DNA from: Candidatus Sulfobium sp.
GTDB taxonomy: Bacteria > Nitrospirota > Thermodesulfovibrionia > Thermodesulfovibrionales > UBA6898
Direction of reading: 5' to 3'
Length of the DNA: 18,030 bases
Assembly (NCBI GenBank): GCA_037380845.1
Contig: JARRRI010000062.1
Location: 14,371-32,400, forward strand
How positions within the stretch are numbered: position 1 is the first letter of the stretch; the number at the start of each line of letters is the position of its first letter. Of the stretch, positions 9,512 to 16,783 are shown in pieces. The notes under the pieces are model-generated. The model was given only the letters and a program-made list of their open reading frames with translations. It did no database searches and had not been told where the DNA came from. The translations under genes and the position numbers were made by a program.

Positions 9512-10299
9512 CACTCCCTCCTTCCCAGTTCTTCCGCTCTCCTGCGCGCCGCCTCCAGAGCCCCGGTGACAATCGACATGAAGTTCCTCTCCTCAAAGAC
9601 CTTCAGTCCCGCCGCCGTCGTCCCGCCCGGCGAGGTTACCATTTCCCTGAGCTTTTCGGGTGACATACCTGTGTCAAGAAGCTTTGCCGTTCCCAGCAGC
9701 GTCTGGACGGCAAGCGCCGCGGCGTCCGCCCTGCCTATTCCCATAGCGGTACCGCTCTCCGTCAACCCTTCCACAAACAATGCGATGAAGGCCGGACCGC
9801 TGCCCGAAAGCGCCGTCACGGCATCCATGTACCTTTCCGGCAGTGAAATTACCCTACCGACCGACATCAGTATGCTCTTGACAATGTCGACCTCTCTGCC
9901 GTAGGAACAGTCGCACAGCGAGATGACAGACATGCCTTCCTGGACTATCGCAGGAGTATTGGGCATCACCCGTATGAGTTTTTTTGTGCGAAGCTTCGCG
10001 CCGAGATAGGAGAGAGTAATGCCGGCAGCTATGGATACCACAGTCTTCTCTTCAGTAACCACCTCAGAGATTTCATCCGTCACTTCTTCCATGTTCTGAG
10101 GCTTCACGGCGAGTATGATGATGTCGCATGCTGAAGCCACATCAATGTTGGAGCCGGTCGTTCTGATACCATACGTCCTCTCCAGCTGTCGCCTCTTTTC
10201 TTCGGTGGGTTCCGAAACAAAAATGTCTTTCATTCCATGAGATGTCATGCCCTTTATAAGTGCCTGGGCCATGTTTCCGCCCCCGATAAAACCTGTCAC
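9511..10299 (-). CDS. proC: Pyrroline-5-carboxylate reductase
   Basis: GFIGGGNM, LAVKPQ, RVMPNTP, ALSGSGPA and VTSPGGTT motifs. GTGA overlap with yggS. Confidence 0.97.
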   Translation of the reverse strand: MTGFIGGGNMAQALIKGMTSHGMKDIFVSEPTEEKRRQLERTYGIRTTGSNIDVASACDIIILAVKPQNMEEVTDEISEVVTEEKTVVSIAAGITLSYLGAKLRTKKLIRVMPNTPAIVQEGMSVISLCDCSYGREVDIVKSILMSVGRVISLPERYMDAVTALSGSGPAFIALFVEGLTESGTAMGIGRADAAALAVQTLLGTAKLLDTGMSPEKLREMVTSPGGTTAAGLKVFEERNFMSIVTGALEAARRRAEELGRRE

Positions 10300-10997
10300 T
10301 TTACCTCCTTTTGTCTCTCGCCGAATATTGCAGTGCCGATCCTCACAATGGTGGCCCCTTCCTCTATTGCAACCTCGAAATCGTTCGTCATGCCCATCGA
10401 GAGTTCGGGCAGCATAAACCCTTCCTCTTCTGCGAAATCCCTCAGTTCCCTCAGTTCAGCGAAATACGGCCTGGACAGTTCAGGGTTATCGAAATAAGGC
10501 GGGATAGTCATAAGACCCTCTGCTTTCACATTACTCATGCCATCAATTACTTCCAGTAAAGGAAGCACATTTTTCTTTACAACCCCATACTTGCTCTCCT
10601 CATCAGAAAGTTTTACTTGAATAAGCACCCTCTGCAACTTCCCTGCCTTTTCAGCCTTTTTGTTGATAACTTCGACCAGCTCTGGAGAATCAACCGAATG
10701 GATGACATTGAAGAGTTCAACCGCCACCCCTGCCTTGTTCTTCTGGAGATGGCCGATCAGGTGCCATGTAATTGACGATTCGGGGATTTCCGTCCTCAGT
10801 GTCATTATCTTCTCCCGTCCCTCCTGAACCCTGTTCTCCCCGAATTCCCTCAATCCGGACTCCACGGCCTGACGGATCATACCGGCATCCACCAGCTTGG
10901 TGGCGGCAACAACCCTGACGCCATGCGGGTCCCTCCGGGCCCTCGTCGCAGCCTGGCCGATTCTCCTGTAGACCGTTTTTATGTTATCAATCAACAT
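10296..10997 (-). CDS. yggS: YggS/PLPBP pyridoxal phosphate homeostasis protein
   Basis: VAATK, FGENRVQE, WHLIGHLQKNK, GLMTIPP, LSMGMTND and RIGTAIFG motifs. Confidence 0.96.
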   Translation of the reverse strand: MLIDNIKTVYRRIGQAATRARRDPHGVRVVAATKLVDAGMIRQAVESGLREFGENRVQEGREKIMTLRTEIPESSITWHLIGHLQKNKAGVAVELFNVIHSVDSPELVEVINKKAEKAGKLQRVLIQVKLSDEESKYGVVKKNVLPLLEVIDGMSNVKAEGLMTIPPYFDNPELSRPYFAELRELRDFAEEEGFMLPELSMGMTNDFEVAIEEGATIVRIGTAIFGERQKEVK

Positions 10998-11091
10998 CTT
11001 CGAACGCGGAACACTATTATACTAGTCTCTGCCAAATTAAAATTCAATGGGAATAGGCGGCGGCAGGCGGGTGTCATTTTTCGCCCAAATG

Positions 11092-12732
11092 TCAGCTCGT
11101 CGTGTCGACAGCCTTCCGGTATTCCTTCCAGAGTTTTTCCTTCGCCATCCCCGCGTCTATGAAGTCCCACGGAAGGTTCTCGGACGCGTCCCTTTTCCGG
11201 AAGATATAAAAACCATACTCTTCCCGGGATTCTGCGCCGCCCAAAGAGAATCTTTGACCCGTCGCCAAACGCTCGATCAATTCAGAGACCCGACGGTCGC
11301 CGCGTGAAAGTACTCCCTGCAGATAGGCATATTTAGGCACATCATGAAAAACCCTCACTCCTTTAGTCGTGGAAAGACCTTTCTTGATCATCTTCAGTCG
11401 TTCCTTGACCTCTTTTATCGGCTCCATGGAGTGCCACTGAAAAGGAGTAAATGGCTTCGGAACGAAAGTGCTGACACTCAGTGCGAGGAGACCCCTCCTG
11501 GAAATCGCCCTGATTTTTCCCACAAGGTCTATAATGCCTTCCACGTCCAGCCTTGTTTCTGTGGGCAGACCCACCATGAAATAGAGTCTGAGCGTTTCAG
11601 TCTCACCATCCAGAATAAGCTTTGCGGTATCAAGGATGTCTTCATCCGTGATCTTCTTGCCGATAACGTCTCTTAATCTCTGCGTTCCGGCTTCGGGAGC
11701 AATCGACACGCTCCTGTGCCGCTTCATCAGCGCCGAGATGCGGCCGCTCCTCTCGCTCGCACGCAGCGAGGTAATGGAAAAATCGACCCCTTCTATCGAC
11801 ATGACGTCTTCTGCATGGGGATAGTCTGTCAACGAGGGGCCGATGAGACCGACCCTCCCCGTCTTTTTCTTTGCATCTGTTATTTCGGCCCTGACGGTCT
11901 CCAGGTCCTTCTTCCTGGGTGGATTATATAGATGGCCCGCCAGGCAGAACCTGCAGGACCAGGGACAGCCCCGCATGGCTTCGAGCAGATACATGTCGGC
12001 AAACTCGGCTTCGGGGGTAGTTATAACGGGCCTGAAAGAAGACCGGGAGATGTCTTTTATCGTCCTCTTCCTGATAAATTCGGGGGCGTCGTCAATCACC
12101 TGCCTGCCGAGGATGAGACCGGTATCATGCGCATAATTAACCGAGTAATATTTAGGCACATACAGACCGTCGATCTTCAGGCATTTGTTGAACAATTCAT
12201 CTTTTGTCGAGGAATTTCTGAAAGCAGACAGAAACTCCGGGACCATCTCCTCCGCCTCTCCGACCAAGACAATGTCCATGAATTCCGCAAGCGGCTCCGG
12301 GTTTGAAAAGCTGCATACACCTCCCATGACGATGACAGGATGCGCCTGACTCCTCCCGGAGCTCCTTGCAGGTATCCTTGCCATCCTCAGTATCTTTAAG
12401 ATATTGGGATAGTCGTTCTCGAAAGAGACGGAGAAAGCCACGATGTCGAACCGGGACAGAGGTCTCCTGGACTCGAGCGAAAAGAGTTCAGAACCCGTCC
12501 TTTCGTATTCTTCTATCTCGTCTTCGGCAGGCAGAAAGACCCTCTCGCACACTACGTCACTGAAGCCGTTCAACAGGCCGTAGATGCCCTGGAAGCCGAG
12601 GCTCGACATCCCCACGGAATAGATGTTGGGATAAACCAGGACTATCTTGAGCTTACCTCCGGGGTCCTTGTAGATCGTTCCCTTTTCCCTCGAAAGGAGA
12701 TAATCGGCCCGTTCCGCGAGCTTTTTGTTCAT
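11092..12732 (-). CDS. Radical SAM protein with an N-terminal B12-binding-like domain (TIGR03960-like)
   Basis: YPNIYSVGMSSLG N-terminus, RGCPWSCRFC (CxxxCxxC), APEAGTQRLR, YFMVGLPTET, FVPKPFTPFQW and LPWD. Confidence 0.88.
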   Translation of the reverse strand: MNKKLAERADYLLSREKGTIYKDPGGKLKIVLVYPNIYSVGMSSLGFQGIYGLLNGFSDVVCERVFLPAEDEIEEYERTGSELFSLESRRPLSRFDIVAFSVSFENDYPNILKILRMARIPARSSGRSQAHPVIVMGGVCSFSNPEPLAEFMDIVLVGEAEEMVPEFLSAFRNSSTKDELFNKCLKIDGLYVPKYYSVNYAHDTGLILGRQVIDDAPEFIRKRTIKDISRSSFRPVITTPEAEFADMYLLEAMRGCPWSCRFCLAGHLYNPPRKKDLETVRAEITDAKKKTGRVGLIGPSLTDYPHAEDVMSIEGVDFSITSLRASERSGRISALMKRHRSVSIAPEAGTQRLRDVIGKKITDEDILDTAKLILDGETETLRLYFMVGLPTETRLDVEGIIDLVGKIRAISRRGLLALSVSTFVPKPFTPFQWHSMEPIKEVKERLKMIKKGLSTTKGVRVFHDVPKYAYLQGVLSRGDRRVSELIERLATGQRFSLGGAESREEYGFYIFRKRDASENLPWDFIDAGMAKEKLWKEYRKAVDTTS

Positions 12733-12737
12733 TGTGT

Positions 12738-12743
12738 ATTATA
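12738..12743 (-). promoter_or_regulatory. -10 box 5 nt upstream of the radical SAM ATG (candidate leaderless start)
   Basis: Minus strand reads TATAAT-ACACA-ATG with no SD. Confidence 0.55.
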
Positions 12744-12779
12744 CAATGCCTGTAATGGTTCCCTGCAGAGGCAGATAGT

Positions 12780-13028
12780 AGCATAAGGCACAAGTGCACA
12801 TAAATTCAGGGATGATATAATCACTTGCGAGAGGATCTCCGTTTCGATTTCGCCATTCCCCAGGCAGTTATCGGGTCGAAGCGACTCTCAGCGAAGTCGC
12901 AGCGATCCTGCGCGGAGACCCGCTTCGGGACTCGCATCGAGAATCCACTTTTTCAATACTCAAGCCATCGTGGATACGCGTCTTCGCGGGTATGACGACT
13001 TCCTTGTGACCTTGTGGCTGAATAGTTA
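12780..13028. repeat. Nested palindromic (REP/MITE-like) elements
   Basis: Outer imperfect IR: AGCATAAGGCACAAG (12780-12794) / CTTGTGACCTTGTGGCT (13003-13019). Middle IR: CGCCATTCCC (12851-12860) / GGGTATGACG (12988-12997), with GAATCCAC / GTGGATAC. Inner hairpin-rich segment at 12876-12940. Confidence 0.55.
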
Positions 13029-13097
13029 TTCAGATGTCCTCCGCAGCCAAACTACCGATGCTTCCCGATTATGTCGGCAGAATGGTACAATTTCCCA

Positions 13098-13544
13098 ATG
13101 AAGATCATCACTCAAAACAAGAAGGCATTCCATGATTATTCCATCGAAGAGACTCTGGAGGCCGGCATCCTGCTTCAGGGCACCGAGGTGAAATCACTCC
13201 GTGAAGGAAAGGCCAACCTCAGGGACAGTTATGTCATCGTTAAGGATGGAGAGGTCTTTCTCCTGAATTGCCATATCAGTCCCTATTCACACGGAAATAT
13301 CATGAACCACGACCCCCTGAGGACGAGGAAGCTCCTCCTGCACAGAAGGGAGATCACGAAGCTCCAGGGCAAAGCGGCGCAAAAAGGATATTCGCTTATT
13401 CCACTGAAGCTTTACTTCAAGAACTCTCATGTAAAGGTTGAGGTCGGACTGGCCAGAGGGAAGAAACAATATGAAAAAAGAGAGACCATCAAGAAAAGGG
13501 AGGCTGACCGGGAAATAGAGCGCGCTATGAAATCCCGGCGCTGA
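13098..13544 (+). CDS. smpB: SsrA-binding protein
   Basis: [31 protein letters not shown] and GKKQYEKRE motifs. Directly upstream of tmRNA. Confidence 0.98.
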   Translation: MKIITQNKKAFHDYSIEETLEAGILLQGTEVKSLREGKANLRDSYVIVKDGEVFLLNCHISPYSHGNIMNHDPLRTRKLLLHRREITKLQGKAAQKGYSLIPLKLYFKNSHVKVEVGLARGKKQYEKRETIKKREADREIERAMKSRR

Positions 13545-13555
13545 ATTGCCGGATA

Positions 13556-13564
13556 TGGTAAAAT
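13556..13564 (+). promoter_or_regulatory. Extended -10 promoter (TGgTAAAAT) for ssrA
   Basis: Motif lies 20 nt upstream of the mature tmRNA 5' end. Confidence 0.55.
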
Positions 13565-13584
13565 ACGATGTATAAGCATACCTC

Positions 13585-13932
13585 GGGGGCGAATGGGCTC
13601 GACGGGGGTTATGAGGCTTATGTGGCATGTCGTGGCTCCATCACCACGTTAAAAGATGGAAACAAACACAAACGCCAACAACGAACTGGCACTCGCTGCT
13701 TAACTAGAAGCAGCTCGCTGCTCCGGGATTGTCTGCGTTCCGGGGATAGCGACAATCAGCAGGCTGGCTGCCGGGGACTTCTCCCGATCCGGCGGCGAGA
13801 CAAGGGGAGATGGGAATCCCGGAAGCCTGGTTGCCGGCGTCCCGGATTCCGAGATCTAAAAGACAGCCTACACATGTAGAAGCATAAGTGTAGTACCTTC
13901 GGACGCGGGTTCGATTCCCGCCGCCTCCACCA
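13585..13932 (+). ncRNA. ssrA: tmRNA, tag (A)ANNELALAA
   Basis: 5' GGGGGCG pairs with 3' CGCCTCC-ACCA, including G3:U70. T arm GCGGG-TTCGATT-CCCGC. Tag ORF at 13674-13703 reads GCC AAC AAC GAA CTG GCA CTC GCT GCT TAA. Confidence 0.97.
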
Positions 13933-14333
13933 ATAACCTCTTTTAATATCAAGGGGTTATGCTGTCTCCTTTTACATAACCGCGGTGTGCAGATGGTGTA
14001 CAAAAGACAAACCGGCCCCCAGCTGTTCAAAATTTCCCCCTTTATATGGGCATGAGCAAAAGTAAGACTGCTATTGGGGGGTATCTGTGTAAAAAAAGGT
14101 GTATACGGGTGTGCGCGGGAAAGGATTCCTTTAAAAAATGCGACCATCGGGTCCTGGAGCTACCGGCCTAGCACCGAAAAGAAAGAAACCTGTCAGAGCT
14201 CCTCATTTTGTTGCGGTACTCGCATTTGGCACCGAACCACAAAATCAGGCCTCTACGATGACGGATGCCGCTCTATGCCGCTCTATACTTGACCTCTTTT
14301 GGTACTTTAAAATGCCGTGAACATAGCTCTGCA

Positions 14334-14992
14334 CTAAAAAGAACTCACATAACCACTACCGTCAGGATTCAAGGTCCAGGAAACCAAAAATAGACCAACT
14401 TCACTAACTCTAAACGTATTTGTAAAATCAAACCACTCTGGCAAATGGGTGATTCTTATCCCGACTTCCTCATTGTAATAAAGAGTCCCGCATACATTCC
14501 AATTGCTGGTCGACGACAAAGGGGAGACGAGCGCTTTTGAACTATTTACCCGTGAGCTATTCGTTGTCAACGTGAAGTAAAAGCTGGCCCCTTGGGAAAA
14601 CAATAAGCCCAACCCACAACCTAGACCTAAGTCGGAAGAAGCAGCAAAGTTGCACGAAGAACCAATGCACTTGAAGAAAATCGTCAATGATCTTTCGGTT
14701 GTGTCTGACTAATCACAGCCTGATATGCTGAGCTACTTATATTCCATGTCACGCCCGTCGGCTGCGGCTCTACGCCAACATTCACCGGGATCATGACCAA
14801 ATTTACCGGGTCCCACTGAAAATCTATCCAATAGGAGCCTTCCGCCCATGGCGCTGTGATATGATGAATCCTGATAGTATCTGTTGCCGTCACGTCTACT
14901 TTCGAAGCTGAGAGATTCAAGGGGTACTGTTCGGCCGTTGCCACTGAAACAAGAAAAAGGAAACTGAATACTAACCCAACGAATACTTTCAT
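14334..14992 (-). pseudogene. Secreted hypothetical protein, probably split by a frameshift near 14684-14710 (or two coupled ORFs, 14684-14992 and 14334-14687)
   Basis: Strong SD AAGGAGG and signal peptide MKVFVGLVFSFLFLVSVATA. The frame ends ...AVISQTQPKDH*, while the overlapping frame continues DTTERSLTIFFKC... with only a TTG start and no evident SD. Confidence 0.55.
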
Positions 14993-15130
14993 AATTCCCT
15001 CCTTATCGGTGTCTGAAAACTGTTTTCATGAGCCCCATAAAAAGGGTACTACTTTTCAAGGCAAAATAGAAGGTCCAGGGTTCGCATCTCCTGGACTTAC
15101 TTTTGTACGTCGATTTGTTCCGCCCCTTGT

Positions 15131-15237
15131 TACCGTCCATAAAACATTTGATTTATGGACAGCCACTTTACAGAGGCTTATCTCGCTCCAGCTCTCATTT
15201 CCTCGTGCCAGAATTCTAGAGGGTTTTATGGACAGCC
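15131..15237. repeat. IS-end/MITE-like remnant with (GGCT)GTCCATAAA inverted repeats
   Basis: GTCCATAAAAC (15135-15145) is inverted relative to TTTATGGACAGCC (15152-15164) and GTTTTATGGACAGCC (15223-15237). Confidence 0.5.
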
Positions 15238-15307
15238 GACTGAGTAGTACACCGACAACTTCTCAGTTTCGCGGCAGCGAAACCATTGAGACAGAGGAAA
15301 CTGACAG

Positions 15308-15368
15308 ATATAACGCACCGGTCACGCGCCGCCCTTCTGGCGCGTCGCTGTGGACCGGCATATTTCAA
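15308..15368 (-). other. Integron attC-like site (61 bp) with a degenerate R'' box
   Basis: Minus strand reads TTGAAAT (R'', AAT instead of AAC) - ATGCC - GGTCCACA (L'' with extra C) - GC-rich hairpin - CGTGACC (L') - GGTGC - GTTATAT (R'). Confidence 0.55.
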
Positions 15369-15471
15369 TTGAACCATGATTTTTTCCAGACCAACGCTTG
15401 CGTCACTTGCCTCGTGGAGCGGAGTGGAACGAGGTCAAGTGGACCCGGATGTTGGGACTCTTTTGTCTCCT

Positions 15472-16062
15472 TCAGTTCCTCAACACCATGCCGGTATCCG
15501 TCAGGTGCTTGACCATCGGCCCTGAACTCGCAAAGACGACTGCCGCCACGGATGATGCAGCGGTCGGGAGCCATTGCTGCAGACTGCGGATCTCAGCGTC
15601 AGAAATGCCTTTGTGCGGTTGCCAAAGGTGAACAAGATATCCACAGCAGCAACCACTGTTCTTCAGTTTCCTATCGTCGTCCTTAAGGTGATCCAGTCCG
15701 TAGTTTAACCCCATCTCTACGACGAAGGCGGGACGGATCCGGCCGGCTGTGAAGTCTTCGACCGTGTGCTCGGGTATGTCCTCGGGATCAAGGATGGCGA
15801 GGTCAAAGTTGCCTCGTCTCCTCCGCTTCTCTGGCCGGGGCTTGGTTTCCGGCCATTCCTTGTGTATGAGGTTCGTGCTCCGTCCGGCGTCACCCCTGAG
15901 CCTATGGAGTCCCTGAAGTGCCCGGTGCACCGTAAGCATGCTGTAAAGCTCACAGTGGATCGAGTGCTCACACCGATGGATGTACGGCTCACGGGTAAAG
16001 TTGTCGACGAGGCTGTCGATGGCGGTTTCGAGGATTTCTTTTACGGTTCCATGAGAATCCAC
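15472..16062 (-). CDS. Hypothetical protein with a PD-(D/E)xK nuclease-like motif layout
   Basis: EHSIHCELY helix, HKEWP, GNFDLAIL, FVVEMGLN and DDDRKL. SD GGGAGG lies upstream of the GTG. Confidence 0.65.
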   Translation of the reverse strand: MDSHGTVKEILETAIDSLVDNFTREPYIHRCEHSIHCELYSMLTVHRALQGLHRLRGDAGRSTNLIHKEWPETKPRPEKRRRRGNFDLAILDPEDIPEHTVEDFTAGRIRPAFVVEMGLNYGLDHLKDDDRKLKNSGCCCGYLVHLWQPHKGISDAEIRSLQQWLPTAASSVAAVVFASSGPMVKHLTDTGMVLRN

Positions 16063-16418
16063 GTCTGCATCTTCCTCCCTACACCAGCTTCAACAATCTA
16101 TGGTCAGGCACCGTTCCAGCCCAATTGCTTCATGAGGCGACCGAACTTCCGCTGAAATTCTCGCCGCAATAATTACAGTAGTAATCTACAATCTTGGTTG
16201 GGCTCTGTCAATTATTTGTTTCAGGAAGGAAGGTTGCGGCGGCCGATCTTCTTTCCGGAACGAGCAGTTTGTCCCGTACTATAGCCCAGGCGAAGTTGTT
16301 CGGCGGTATTGGTCAAATTTTCATCTTCTTCCTGTTAATCACACTGTCACGTTTTGTCATAGTCTTGAAGTTTCTTGAGGCATACGAGAGGTTAACAGTG
16401 CCTCAATATTGAATCGAT

Positions 16419-16447
16419 TTGACGGATGTGAAATTCATACGTATACT
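16419..16447 (+). promoter_or_regulatory. Sigma70 promoter upstream of the leader ORF / tRNA / yedF unit
   Basis: TTGACG (16419-16424), 17-nt spacer, TATACT (16442-16447). Confidence 0.8.
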
Positions 16448-16481
16448 GAAGAAGACTATTGCGTTGAAAGGAGGTGGACAG

Positions 16482-16607
16482 GTGATCGCCCGTTTTATGC
16501 CGGGGCTTTTTAAAGCCGGGTTTGGTTGAGAATGTTCGTCAAAAGCCTGGTCGAGGTTTTCCGGCGTGGAGTTCGGCGGTCATTGCGGTTCACGCTCCGA
16601 AGAGTAG
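16482..16607 (+). CDS. Putative 41-aa selenocysteine-containing leader peptide MIARFMPGLFKAGFG-U-ECSSKAWSRFSGVEFGGHCGSRSEE (15 aa if UGA terminates)
   Basis: SD AAAGGAGGTG (16467-16476), GTG at 16482, in-frame TGA at 16527-16529 followed by a SECIS-like hairpin, TAG at 16605-16607. Confidence 0.6.
16537..16566 (+). promoter_or_regulatory. Bacterial SECIS-like hairpin
   Basis: Upper stem AAAGCCT (16542-16548) / AGGTTTT (16554-16560). Loop GGTCG begins 19 nt after the UGA. Lower stem CGTC/GGCG. Resembles the E. coli fdhF SECIS in its GGUC loop and spacing. Confidence 0.6.
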
Positions 16608-16783
16608 CACTTAGTCCGCCTAAGTAGATCGAGCCAACCCTCCAATAAAAACTCCATAAGGAAAAAGATTTTCTAACCTCCATAGCTGTCTCAGGCAATA
16701 ATTGTCCGCTAATCATGCTGAAATTTCCGGAGATGCATGGGCACCTGGAACTGCCCTGTATGCTTTAGAAGAATGAACCCAGA

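Larger units (their letters stand above)
13933..16200. mobile_element. Decayed accessory islet at the ssrA 3' end (no integrase visible; right boundary approximate)
   Basis: Housekeeping genes stop abruptly. Imperfect IR ATAACCTCTT/AAGGGGTTAT right after the CCA, GGTGTA-type direct repeats, orphan genes, IS-end-like repeats and an attC-like site. Confidence 0.5.

Noticed and set aside
13568..14147. ORFs 13568-13879 (+) and 13704-14147 (-)
   Set aside because: They overlap the tmRNA gene and are spurious.
15009..15512. 167-aa plus-strand ORF
   Set aside because: Runs through IS-end repeats and the attC-like site, with no SD or protein-like motifs.
16088..16170. GTTGAAG upstream of the nuclease-like gene as a second attC
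   Set aside because: No convincing L''/L' pairing or palindrome upstream. At most a lone core site.
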